Both the position numbers and the translations under genes were made by a program. The notes below the pieces were generated by a model that saw only the letters and a program-made list of their open reading frames with translations, made no database searches and was not told where the DNA came from. 64,000 bases of DNA, taken from positions 3,104,001 to 3,168,000 of the forward strand of contig CM000154.2 in NCBI GenBank assembly GCA_000004695.1, given 5' to 3'. Shown here in pieces: positions 39,248 to 51,260 of the stretch (positions within the stretch are counted from its first letter, which is position 1; every line of letters starts with the position of its first letter). This stretch comes from Dictyostelium discoideum. Lineage: Eukaryota.

Positions 39248-40263
39248 GATAATAATGATGATGATGATAATAATAATATAAATAATGGAATAATAAACAA
39301 TAATAATAAAAATAATAATAATAATGAAAATAATAATGAAAATAATGAAATTGAAAGAAGTCAAATTATATTACAACCAATTATTAGGAAACCAAAGATT
39401 GAAAAGAAACAATCATTTTTATCAAAATATTTAAAGAGTATTATATATGGTGGTATGGATGGGTTAGTTAGTATTTTCGTATCGATAGCAGTTAGTTTTT
39501 CAAGTTCCGATGCAAAGATATCAGTATTATTAATTATTGTATTAAGTAAATTAGTTGCTGGTGCAATTTCAATGGGTATGGGTGACTATTTGGGTACTCA
39601 AGCAGATATAGATTTCGCAAGGGGTGAAAGAAAGAGAGAAGCTTGGGAAGTTGAATATTATTTAGAGGGTGAAAAAAGTGAAATGGTTGAAATTTATACT
39701 AAAAAAGGAATTCCTGAAGAAGTGGCACGTGAAGTAGTCGATATTCTATCCTTGAATCCAAAAGGATTTGTAGATGTAATGATGGTTGAAGAATTGGGTA
39801 TTATGCCAGACGTTGAGTCTCAAACACCTTGGAAAAATGGGTTAGTGAATTTCACCTCTTTTGTCTTTTTTGGAATTTTACCATTATTACCATACTTGGC
39901 TTTCTTGGCAATTGCAACCGTTGCTAAAATTCCATCTGATCAACATTTATATTTATTTTTAATTGTTATTGGTATAACTGCATTAACTTTATTTTTAATT
40001 GGAATATTTAAAGTAACTTATTTTTTTTTATTTTTAAAAAAATAATCAATTAATTTTTTTTAATTTATTAACAAAAAAAAAAAATCTATTTTTATTATTT
40101 TTTTTTTTTAAAAATTTTTATTTTCCAGGCAAAATCAACAGATACTAAATGGTACAAGAGTGGTGCTACAACAGTTATTTTTGGGGTAATTGGGGCAGCT
40201 GCTGGATTAGGTACTGTTGAATTAATAAAAGTTATTTTTCCAAATGTGGATATTTCTCAATAA
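39050..40263 (+). CDS. VIT1/CCC1-family vacuolar iron transporter-like membrane protein. Two exons, about 365 aa, with an N/D-rich N-terminus.
   Basis: Exon 1 is 39050-40012 with a GTAACT donor. Exon 2 is 40129-40263 after acceptor ttccag. VIT signatures include 'GGMDGLVSIFVSIAVS', 'AGAISMGMGDYLGTQADIDFARGERKREAWEVE', 'EMVEIYTKKGIPEE' and the C-terminal TM 'AKSTDTKWYKSGATTVIFGVIGAAAGLGTVELI'. Confidence 0.8.
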
Positions 40264-40873
40264 ATAAAATTTTATTTAATCTTAATTTTAATTTTTTTTT
40301 TTTTTTTTGGAAAAAATAAAAAAAAAGTGTAGAGAGTGTCAACCTCACAAAAAAAAAAAAATTTCATTATTTATTTTAAAAAGAGCAAGTAATAAAGATA
40401 ATTATTATTTTAGAAACTTTTTTAATATTTTTTATATTTTTTATTATTATATTTTTTTTTTCAAATACCAATTGGAATAGTTATTCAATTTTTCAGTAAT
40501 TTTATTTCAGAATCAATTAAATTGGGAAGAATTATTTTTGTAAAAAAAAATTTCAGATATTTTTTAATTTTTTTTATTTTTTATTTTTTTTTTTATTTTA
40601 TTTTTTTTTTTATTTTTTTGTGCGTTTTTTGTGTGAAAATGTGGAATTAGTTTATCGCATTAAAACAATAAAAATAAAATAACCCACACATTAATTTTAC
40701 CATCCTTCAAACACACATACACACACATTTTCATTGTGTGAATAAAATAAAAAATAAAAATTGAACAATAATAATAAAAAAAAAAAAAAAATAAAAATAA
40801 AAAAAAAAAAAAAAAAATAACACTCCCAATTATTTATATATATATATATACACAAACCAAATTTAAATAAAAG

Positions 40874-42982
40874 ATGAAAAAATTACCGTTTTTGATAATA
40901 ATTATATATATATTTTTAATATTAATTTCAATTTCATCATCAATAGATTATAACTATAATAATGATATTGATAATAATAATAATAATATAATAAATCGAA
41001 ATAAAAATAAAAATAAAAATAATTTGTATAATAATAAAGTAATAATAAAGAATGATGATAATGATGATGAAATAAATAATAAATTTAAAATTAGGTTAGA
41101 TGATAATGAAGATCAAGATATATATAATGAATATCATTTTTTAAGTAAAGTGCATAATAGATTAGCATTTAATATTTTTGGAAGTAGTAGTGAAAATAGT
41201 GGTAGTGGTAGTAATAGTAATAGTAATAGTAAGAATACAGATTCATCAACTGGTCCAACACCATCACCAATATCAATTAATGGCACATTAAATTCAACAG
41301 CTACTGTTTATTGGTCAGGTGGTAAATCAAGTTGTAAATCAGTGAATTGTACAGAAGAAGGTTTTTCAACGGGTGATAGTTATGCGTGTAGTTATGAAAT
41401 TACGCCAACATATCAAAGAGGTCAGTGGGAGAAGGGTGTAAAATATTTTAAAGATCCTTTACCAAAATCAATTTTAACAAGTCAAGTGGTTGGTGTATCA
41501 TTTGTAATCAATGGTGTGGTTGGGTGTACGCCATTGAAACAAGAGTTGACAACTATCGAATTCTTAATTCAAGATGTTCAAGTTGGTCAAACCATTTCAA
41601 CCAATAGAAGTGACGATTGTTCGTGTGGTATCTGTTATAAAGATTATGAAATTTTACCACAATCTTATGATTTATTAGGGTATAATAAAAGTGGGTTAAA
41701 TAAAGTTCAATTGTTATTATTGGATAATTCAATTTGTGCCACGAGTTTAGATATCATTTTCTATTATCATCCCTCAACAATACCACCAACACCAACTCCA
41801 ACACCATCTAAACCAACAATATCACTACTTAAAAAGTATTTAATTATAGGTTTTTCAATAGTTGGTGGTTTATTAATTATTGGTGGTTGTTTTCTATTAA
41901 TTAGAAATCGTTATAGATCAAGTGGTTATTATAAACCTGATAAAAATGATTACACTCAAATTAAAGATGGTAAAGATATTGATATTCATCAAATTAAAAT
42001 TGGTGTTAGAATTGGTAAAGGTAATTATGGTGAAGTTTATCTTGGTACTTGGAGAGGTTCTCAAGTTGCTGTTAAAAAATTACCTGCTCATAATATAAAT
42101 GAAAATATTTTAAAAGAATTTCATAGAGAAATTAATTTAATGAAGTAAGTTATTATTATTTTTAATTTTTTTATATTTTTAGTTTTATTAATTATTTTAT
42201 TATTTTTTTCTCTCCTATAGGAATTTAAGACATCCAAATGTTATTCAATTTTTAGGATCATGTTTAATACCACCAGATATTTGCATTTGTACAGAATATA
42301 TGCCAAGAGGTTCATTATATTCAATTTTACATGATCAAGCATTACAATTACAATGGTCATTACTTATTAAAATGATGATTGATGCCGCAAAGGGTGTTAT
42401 TTATTTACATAATTCAACACCAGTTATTTTACATAGAGATTTAAAATCTCATAATTTATTAGTAGATGAAAATTGGAAAGTTAAAGTTGCAGATTTCGGT
42501 TTAAGCACAATTGAACAACAAGGTGCAACAATGACTGCTTGTGGTACTCCATGTTGGACTTCACCAGAGTAAGTTTGTTTTTTTCTAATAATAAAAAATA
42601 ATCAAATAATCAAATAATTATAAATATTTTTTACTAATAAATTAAATATAATAATAATTATAAACATAATAGAGTATTAAGAAGTCAAAGATATACAGAA
42701 AAAGCAGATGTTTATAGTTTTGGAATTATTTTATGGGAATGTGCAACTAGACAAGATCCATATTTTGGTATACCACCATTTCAAGTTATTTTTGCTGTTG
42801 GTCGTGAAGGTATGAGACCACCAGTTCCACAAAATGGTCCACCAAAATATATTCAACTTTTAATTGATTGTTTAAATGAAAATCCATCACATAGACCAAC
42901 GATGGAACAATGTTTAGAGAGATTAGAATCAATTGATTCAAGTGGTTATTCAGATTTACAATATGTTCGTCAACAACTTTAA
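40874..42982 (+). CDS. Receptor-like TKL-group protein kinase with signal peptide, Cys-containing ectodomain, TM helix and kinase domain. Three exons. Dictyostelium drk/VSK-like.
   Basis: Exons are 40874-42144 (donor GTAAGT), 42221-42568 (acceptor tatag, donor GTAAGT) and 42673-42982 (acceptor aatag). The phase-2 junctions rebuild 'K|[14 protein letters not shown]' and 'TSPE|[22 protein letters not shown]'. Kinase motifs are '[23 protein letters not shown]', '[12 protein letters not shown]' and 'VADFGLS'. The TM helix is 'LIIGFSIVGGLLIIGGCFLLI'. Confidence 0.85.
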
Positions 42983-43412
42983 AAAAAAAAAATAAAAATA
43001 AAAAAAAAATGAAAATATAATAAAAAATAATAAAAAAAAAAAATATCTAAATATATTTTTCCCCTCTCTAATCACATTTTATTTTTTTATTTTTTTATTT
43101 TTTATTTTTTCTTTTTCTTTTTCTTTTTCTTTTTTCCAATGGTTCGTTAAAAATAAAATAAAATTTTTTAAAAAAAAATAAAAATAAAAATAAAAATTAA
43201 AAATAAAAATAAAAATCTATTTTTTTTTTATTTTTTTTTTAAGATATCTCTCTCCCGCAATAATTTTTTTTTTTTGATTTTTTGGTTTTTTGGTTTTTGG
43301 TTTTTTTTTTTATTTTTTATTTTTATTTTTATTTTTATTTTTCTTCTTTTTAGTGTGTTTGTGTTGATCAATGATAATAATATAATAATCAATTTCTTTT
43401 AAAAAATAATCA

Positions 43413-43468
<56 letters not shown>

Positions 43469-43574
43469 TAATAATATATTATTATATTAATAATATATTA
43501 ATAATATATTAATATATAATAAAAATAATAAAAATAATAAAAATAAAGTTTAGCGAAAATATATAAAAGATAAA

Positions 43575-45927
43575 ATGAAAGTTCAAATAGTTTTTTTTAG
43601 TATTACAGTTTTTATATTTGTTCTATTTTTATTATCAGTCGAATCAAATACAAAAATTAAAATAGTTCCATCATTTTTAGAAAATAGTAACGAAATTGAA
43701 GATTTATATATTAATTTAGATAGTGATAGTAAAAGTAGCGAGCATACTACTAGTAGTAGTAGTAGTAGTAATAGTAAAAATAAAGGAGATAGCAGTAGCA
43801 GTAGTAGCAATAGTGGTAGTAGTAGTAATAGTATTATTAGTGGTGATAGTAATAGTAAAGATGCACCAACTACTTCAAGTGATAGTTTATCACCAGCAAC
43901 ACCAATACCGACAGATGGATTATTATCAGCTTCTACCTATGTTACATTTGTATGTTATATAAATATAAATATTCAACATAATTTTAATATACATAAAAAA
44001 AAAAAAGTATTAATATTTTTATTTTTTTTTTAAAAAAAAAAAGACTGGTGGTAAAGTTTTATGTGAAAATATAACATTTTGTCCAAATGGTTATATGTAT
44101 TCAAGTGATTATGCATGTAATTATGATATTGTACAAAATGATCCAGCAACACATAGAGGTGATTGGAATGATGGTATTAAAATGTTTGAAGATCCTTTAC
44201 CAAAGAATACGACTATAGATCAAGTTGAGGGTATATCATTTACAATATCAGGGGCAGTTGGATGTCAAGTTACAAGTAGTGCTACTACATTGGAATTCTA
44301 TATTCAGGATTTACTAGTTCTAACTAATACTACATCAAGATATGATATATGTACATGTGGTTCATGTTATGTTACATTTGGTACAGAAGTTTATAAATAT
44401 AATATGTTGGGATATAATATAACTGGTGAAAATAAATTTCAAATTCAAGTTAGTGTAAATTCAATGTGCGCAACTACCATTGGTATAACACTTTATTATA
44501 AACCTCCAACCATTACACCAACACCAACCATTACACCAACACCAACCATTACACCAACACCAACCATTACACCAACTGTAACACCAACTGCAACACCAAG
44601 TACAACACCAAGCACTACACCAACTACAACACCATCAACACCAACTCCAACTCCTACAAAGTCACCCTATAGTGGTGCATTATCACCTCAAGTTAAAAAA
44701 TATATTATCATTGCATCATCGATAACAGGTGGTTTATTAATTTCAATATTTTCATTTGTTTTCATTAGAAAGAGATTAAATTCAAAAAGATCTGGTTACA
44801 CTCAAATTAAAGATGGTAAAGATATTGATACTCAACAAATTAAAATTGGTGTTAGAATTGGTAAAGGAAATTTTGGTGAAGTTTATCTTGGTACTTGGAG
44901 AGGTTCTCAAGTTGCTGTTAAAAAATTACCTGCTCATAATATAAATGAAAATATTTTAAAAGAATTTCATAGAGAAATTAATTTAATGAAGTAAGCTATT
45001 ATTATTATTATTACTATTATATATAAATTTAATTTTTATTAATTATTTTATTATTTTTTTTTCTCTCCTATAGGAATTTAAGACATCCAAATGTTATTCA
45101 ATTTCTAGGATCATGTTTAATATCACCAGATATTTGCATTTGTACAGAATATATGCCAAGAGGTTCATTATATTCAATTTTACATAATGAAAAAATTAAA
45201 ATATCTTGGTCATTAGTAAAGAGAATGATGATTGATGCTGCAAAGGGTATTATTTATTTACATGGCTCAACACCAGTTATTTTACATAGAGATTTAAAAT
45301 CTCATAATTTATTAGTAGATGAAAATTGGAAAGTTAAAGTTGCAGATTTCGGTTTAAGCACAATTGAACAACAAGGTGCAACAATGACTGCTTGTGGTAC
45401 TCCATGTTGGACTTCACCAGAGTAAGTTTGGTTTTTTCTAATAATAAAAAATAATCAAATAATCAAATATTTTTTACTAATAAATTAAATATAATAATAA
45501 TAATAATAATTAAAATTATAATAGAGTATTAAGAAGTCAAAGATATACAGAAAAAGCAGATGTTTATAGTTTTGGAATTATTTTATGGGAATGTGCAACT
45601 AGACAAGATCCATATTTTGGTATACCACCATTTCAAGTTATTTTTGCTGTTGGTCGTGAAGGTATGAGACCACCAACACCAAAATATGGTCCACCAAAAT
45701 ATATTCAACTTTTAAAAGATTGTTTAAATGAAAATCCATCACAAAGACCAACGATGGAACAATGTTTAGAAATTTTAGAATCAATTGAAACCAAAGGTTT
45801 TGATGATATACCTGTTAATAATAATAATAATAATAATAGTAATAATAATGAGAATAATAATGAAAATAATAATAATAGTGATAATAATAATAATGATATT
45901 AATTATAGTAACAGGGTGATAAATTAA
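43575..45927 (+). CDS. Second receptor-like TKL kinase in tandem with the first. It has a Ser-rich stalk and a (TPTPTI)n region. Four exons.
   Basis: Exons are 43575-43949 (donor GTATGT), 44044-44990 (acceptor aag, donor GTAAGC), 45074-45421 (acceptor tatag, donor GTAAGT) and 45525-45927 (acceptor aatag). The kinase exons and both kinase-domain introns are nearly base-identical to the upstream paralog. The N-terminal exon encoding the signal peptide plus '[27 protein letters not shown]' is specific to this gene. Confidence 0.85.
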
Positions 45928-45951
45928 AAAAAAAAAAAAGTTGTATATTTC

Positions 45952-45982
<31 letters not shown>

Positions 45983-46154
45983 GGAAATTAAATAATTAAA
46001 AAATAATAAATTGTAAATTTAGTTGTACAATTGTCATTTAAAAAAAAATAATTAATAAATTTACAAAATAATTAAATAAATAAATAAAAAAATTAATTAG
46101 TTACATGTAATAATTATTACTTTTTTATTTTTATTTTTTTATTTTTTTATTTTT

Positions 46155-47253
46155 TTATTCTGATTGATCCCAAATTCTAATTGTACAATCAGTTGAAGAA
46201 GTAATGAATTGATTTTTTGATGGATGAGAATCAACATGAGTTATAATATTTGAATGACCAGATAATTTTGATAATAATTTACCACTTAATAATTCATAGA
46301 TATAAAAATCATTATCTTCACTACCACTAATTATTAAGGAATCATCAAAATTTGAACAACTATTAATTTTATAAACTTTATTTTTATGACCTTTATATTC
46401 TTTTAATGTTTCATATGAATCTATATCTATTAATTTAACAGTTTCATCTGTACAACTTGCAATAAAACATTTTTTATCTTTTGTAATTGAAACTGATGAT
46501 ATTGGAACTTTTTTTTTTAAAAAAAAAAAAAAAAAAAAAAGAGAATTAATATTTAATTATTGTATTGGAACTTTTTTTTTAAAAAAAAAAAATAAAATAA
46601 ATAAATAATGAATTAAAAAAAAACTTACTTGTATCTTCATAAGTTACCAATGTACCCATTCTAACATCATATGTTCTAATACAACCATCAACACTACTTG
46701 TAATAACTTCTTTTTGAGTATGAGTATGAGGTTGATTATTATTATTATTGCCATGAGAATGACCATGGCCATGACTATGATTATGAGTTATAGTTTGTTC
46801 ATTGACAATGATTGATGTAATTGTATCTTTTGCATCATCTAAAATTTGAACTGGATTAATTGATTTAGTTCTAAGATCCCATGCTTTAACTAATCTATCA
46901 GATGAACCAGAGAAAAGTAATGTTGAATCTAAATTTACACAAACACTTGTAATTGTATCATTATGAGCATTTTGAAATCTTCTTATAACTTGACCACTTG
47001 CAATATCCCATTGATAAAGTTGTTTCTCTGCACATGAAAATAATTGTTTATTATCTGATGTTGATACTAAATCACCAATACCATATCCATGCTCTTCAAA
47101 TGAATGAATCATACTACCTTTTGAAACATTATATAGTTTAATTGATTTATCTGATGAACCACTTAAACAATATCCACCATCACTATTATATTTTACAACT
47201 GTAACTGATCCAGAATGATTACTTAATACTTTATTACAACTTATTTTAACCAT
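46155..47253 (-). CDS. wdr83: WD40-repeat protein, ortholog of WDR83/MORG1 (MAPK organizer 1). Two exons, about 325 aa.
   Basis: Exon 1 is 47253-46629 with a GTAAGT donor in phase 1. Exon 2 is 46507-46155 after acceptor aaaaaag. Matches to human WDR83 include 'WDIASGQVIRRFQNAH' (WDVASGQVVRKFRGH), 'PVQILDDAKDTITSI' (PVQTLDEARDGVSSV), 'SSVDGCIRTYDVRMGTL' (GSVDGRVRRYDLRMGQL) and 'KEYKGHKNKVYKINSC' (GEYKGHKNQEYKLDC). A His/Gly/Asn insert 'HNHSHGHGHSHGNNNNN' is lineage-specific. Confidence 0.85.
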
Positions 47254-47657
47254 CTCTCTTTTTTTTTTTAAATTATTATTATTATTATTATTATTATTAG
47301 TTTATTGTTGGTTCTTTAATTTGTAAAAAAAAAACTAAAAAAATTAAAAAAATTAAAAAAAAAAAAAAATTTTGAAACTTTTTTCAAATAATTTTTTTAA
47401 TTAATTTGAAAATGATAAATTTAATTATTTTTTACGTATTATGTAATAGTTTTTAGTGTTTATATTATTAATAAAAATATCTAAAATTAATTATTTAATT
47501 CCTTTTTTATTTTTTATTTTTTTTTTTTTTTTTTGAGTTTTTTTTTTTTTTTTTGGTTTTTTTTTTTTTTTTTTTATTCCATTTATTATCAATTTTTTTT
47601 TTATTTCAAACATAAGAAAAAAAAAAATAAATAAATAGTATTTAGGATATAAGTAAT

Positions 47658-49325
47658 ATGATATCAATTGGCAATCAAAATAATAATAATAATAATAACT
47701 TTAATAATAAAGAAGCAATAAATGAAGAAACACTTTATAATTCATTATGTTTTTTAACATTTGAATTATTATTAGATTCATTAATATCAATCGGATATGA
47801 AAATGATATTGATACAATTGGCAATTCAAAAACATCAGTATTGAATAGACTAGTTAACGATGCAAGAGAATTAGGTATTGAAGAATTTATTCAACGTTTA
47901 AATTTTGATACGATTACAGAAACATGTTCATTGTTATCATTATCTGGTGTTAATGGTGATACCGATGATGAAATTATAACCAATTCACGTAAACAATTAG
48001 AAGAAAGAATGAAAAAGGATTCATTAGATCAATTCTTTTTTTCATTAACTCCACATATACTTTATAAATTTTGTGACTGTTTAAAAATTATATTACCAAA
48101 ACCAACAACAACAACATCAACACCAACATCAACAAATGAAACTATTGAAAAAAACACTAATGGTAATAATGAACAATCATCATCATCATCATCATCAAGT
48201 AGTAGTAGTAGTAGTGAAGAAACAGTTACAAAAACAATATCAAATTCAATACCATCAATTAAAGTTGGAGCAGATGGTACAACAGTATTATCGACATTAA
48301 CAACCAAATCATCTTATAAAAAGTTTAAAAAGGATAGAGGAATTCAATATGGTGATAGTATAGTTGAAGGATTATTCTATGAGAATATCATTAGGTTAAT
48401 AAAAGAGGAGATATTAGTTTCAGGTACTGAAAATTTATTCTCTTTTCTAAGTAAAGCCAAATTATTCTCAATTTGTGATTGTTTGAGAATCACTTTAAAA
48501 CCAACTGATAAAATGTCTGATATCATCACAAAAATCATTTCAAAATTATTTAATATCGATCATAATCCATCACAATTATTACAAAATCAAACAACAATTA
48601 GTACAACTAAATCTTCACAACAACAACAATCATCATCATCATCATCATCATCATCACAATCATCATCACAATCATCACAATCATCACAATCATCATCATC
48701 ATCACAACTACAACAAACACAACAGCAATCATTTAGTACACCAATTAGAAGTAAAAGTAATCTTCAATATCCAAAAACACCATTATCTCCTGATGATGTT
48801 GATACTTCACATGTTGTTGAAAAAGTTTTAGAAAGTGAAAATATTATAATTAGAGATGAAGAAAAAGAAAAAGAGAAAATTGAAAATGAAAAGATTAAAG
48901 AAACTGAAAAAATTGAAAAAGAAGAAATATTAAATGATAATAATAAATCAAATAAAAGAAAATATGATGATGTTGATGAGTTTAATGTTCAAGTTATTGT
49001 TAATGAAACTGATGATTCAGAGATTGATTCACCAGCAAAAAGACCATCAATAATTGATATTAAAATGGGTATTAAAAAACAAGATTTAGAATTTTATCTT
49101 GTTAAAGATTTAAGAAGTTGGTGTCAAAACAAAGGTTTAAAATATAATGATAAAAAATCAATTTTAATTAATAGAATTTTAAAATATTTAGAAAATGATC
49201 AAGCAACATCTGCATCTGAAAACGATGATTCAATCATTGATTCAACACCAACTAAAAGATCAAAAAGATTAAAAAAACAAAATTCAACAATTTCAACAAC
49301 AACCACCTCAACAACTACTAATTAA
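47658..49325 (+). CDS. SAP-domain protein of 555 aa with two copies of a novel 'FxxxCDCL(K/R)IxLKP' module and S/Q-rich linkers
   Basis: The C-terminal 'LEFYLVKDLRSWCQNKGLKYNDKKSILINRILKYL' fits the SAP motif (LxxLxVxELRxxLxxRGLxxxGxKxxLIxRL). The modules 'DQFFFSLTPHILYKFCDCLKIILPKP' and 'NLFSFLSKAKLFSICDCLRITLKPT' are repeated. Confidence 0.65.
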   Translation: MISIGNQNNNNNNNFNNKEAINEETLYNSLCFLTFELLLDSLISIGYENDIDTIGNSKTSVLNRLVNDARELGIEEFIQRLNFDTITETCSLLSLSGVNGDTDDEIITNSRKQLEERMKKDSLDQFFFSLTPHILYKFCDCLKIILPKPTTTTSTPTSTNETIEKNTNGNNEQSSSSSSSSSSSSSEETVTKTISNSIPSIKVGADGTTVLSTLTTKSSYKKFKKDRGIQYGDSIVEGLFYENIIRLIKEEILVSGTENLFSFLSKAKLFSICDCLRITLKPTDKMSDIITKIISKLFNIDHNPSQLLQNQTTISTTKSSQQQQSSSSSSSSSQSSSQSSQSSQSSSSSQLQQTQQQSFSTPIRSKSNLQYPKTPLSPDDVDTSHVVEKVLESENIIIRDEEKEKEKIENEKIKETEKIEKEEILNDNNKSNKRKYDDVDEFNVQVIVNETDDSEIDSPAKRPSIIDIKMGIKKQDLEFYLVKDLRSWCQNKGLKYNDKKSILINRILKYLENDQATSASENDDSIIDSTPTKRSKRLKKQNSTISTTTTSTTTN

Positions 49326-49406
49326 ATAATTAATTAATTAAATAAATAAATAAAAATAAAAATAAAAATAAAAAGTAATTTAAAAATTATTAATTAAAAT
49401 TATATT

Positions 49407-50347
49407 TTATTGTGCTTTTTCAATACCATAACCTATCCAAAATGCAACTAAAGTTGTAACAGCACCATTGATTAACATTTGAATACCAGATATGAACCAA
49501 TTTTTATTTGAGACGTAACCTTTGAAACAACCTAATAAAAAGAGAACAAAGACGAATAATGCAATTGAGATGATAAAGATTGAATCGAATTCGCCTTTAC
49601 TATTATAATGACCACTACAAAGGTATGCTAAAAGTGGTATACCACCACAAACTAAAAATGATGCAAATGTAACTAATGCACTCTTGATTGCGCCATAATC
49701 TGTACCACCACCACCTTCCTCATCATCGTCATCATCAACGGTAGCACCATGTTCTTCCATCATCATTATCGAAGTGACAGTTTTACGATATGGGAATAGT
49801 AATTCAACGATTCTAGATGCTTGTGAATTTGTAAACCCTTTCTTTTCATATATTTCAATTAATATTGATTTCTGTTCATCTGGATTACTATCTATATCTT
49901 GTTCAAGTTTTTTATATTCTAATTTTAGTTGATCCTCTTCCGCTATTTCACTAACATAATCACCAACTGCCATACCTATTGCGTCACCTAATAAATTGGC
50001 AAATGCTATAATTAATATTACACCTCTTGTTAATCCTGCTCCTGTTGCTGCTGCTACAATTGCAAATGTTGTCATAATACCATCTAATCCTCCAAACACA
50101 ATTGATTTAATAAATTCTCCTGATTCTCTAAATTTTTTAATAAAAAAAAAAAATAAAAAATAAAAAATAAAAAATTAAAATTATTTAAATTATTTTTATT
50201 TATTATTTATTTATTTATTTACTCTTTGTGTGGTTCTTTTCTATCTTCTTCATCTATTAAAGGTTTTCCATCATGTGCATCAATTGATTTTCTTATATCA
50301 TTTTCTTCATAAGCACTACGTGCTCCTTTTAAATTTCTACTTGCCAT
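49407..50347 (-). CDS. Second VIT1/CCC1-family iron-transporter-like protein. Two exons, about 281 aa.
   Basis: Exon 1 is 50347-50223 (MASRNLKGARSAYEENDIRKSIDAHDGKPLIDEEDRKEPHKE, donor GTAAAT, phase 2). Exon 2 is 50127-49407 after acceptor tttag. VIT signatures include 'VFGGLDGIMTTFAIVAAATGA', 'GMAVGDYVSEIAEED', 'IEIYEKKGF' and C-terminal TMs. It is a paralog of the 39050 gene. Confidence 0.8.
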
Positions 50348-50989
50348 TTATTGATATTTGTTACTACACTTATAGGAGATTTTTTTTAAAAAAAAAAAAA
50401 AACAAATAAATAAATAAAATAAATAAAAAAAATAAAAAATGTAGTGTGTAGGGAATGATCAAAAATCAAAAACGTTTTATTTTTTATAAAAATCAAAAAA
50501 ATCTTTTTAATTTTTATTTTTTTAATTTTAATTTTTTTTTTTTTTTTTTTTTTATGGAAATAGGGTAAAAAAAAAAATACAACCTTTTTTTATTATTAAA
50601 TAAATTTCCATTTCTTGTTTATTGTAATTTAATTGAAAACAAGAAAAATGTAAATTTTTTTTTTTTTTTTTTTTTTTTGTTTAATAGTTATTAATGAAAA
50701 AAATTTTTTTTTGTGATAGTGTCAAAACCAAAAATGTTAATATAATAAATTATAAAATTTTTTATTTTTTTTTTATTTAATTGTTATTAATGATAAAATT
50801 TTTTTCTTTTTTTATTTAATAGTTATTTTTTTGTTTCTTTTTTAAAAATTAGATATTCCCAAATTTGGGAATTTAAAATTAGAAATATGAAAAAATATGA
50901 AAAAAAATAAAAAAATGAAAAAAAAAAAATAAAAATTAGGTTGGCCTTCTCCCATAAATAATCTAATTTCAAAATAAAAAATCAATAAA

Positions 50990-51260
50990 AATTATTTTTT
51001 GAAAATAATTGTTTGAGGGAATTAAAAGGTGCATGGTGTTCGGTTACTTCGATTACAATATAATTTAAACAAAATGGATTTGTCTGAATATGTTACATTA
51101 ATTTAATGGGTAGAGGGTAGTAATCCTCAGCCTGTAGAATCAATTGAAACCTTCATTTGTGTATAAAATGGAATATTAGTTTAGTCTGGATCGGTTGACC
51201 CATAGGAAATTACTCTGGACTGAGTCTCAAAAACCAAACACCGACACTGCAATCACTCAA
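50990..51260. ncRNA. Candidate structured non-coding RNA or conserved non-coding element: a GC-rich island with no ORF. Strand and identity are unknown.
   Basis: About 270 bp at roughly 45% GC inside ~15% GC flanks, e.g. 'GGTGCATGGTGTTCGGTTACTTCG' and 'GGGTAGAGGGTAGTAATCCTCAGCCTGTAG'. Local hairpins are present (GAGG-GTAGTAAT-CCTC). No reading frame is longer than ~30 codons. The GUAAUC/CCUGUAG strings recall SRP-RNA Alu-domain motifs, but this is unverified. Confidence 0.3.
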
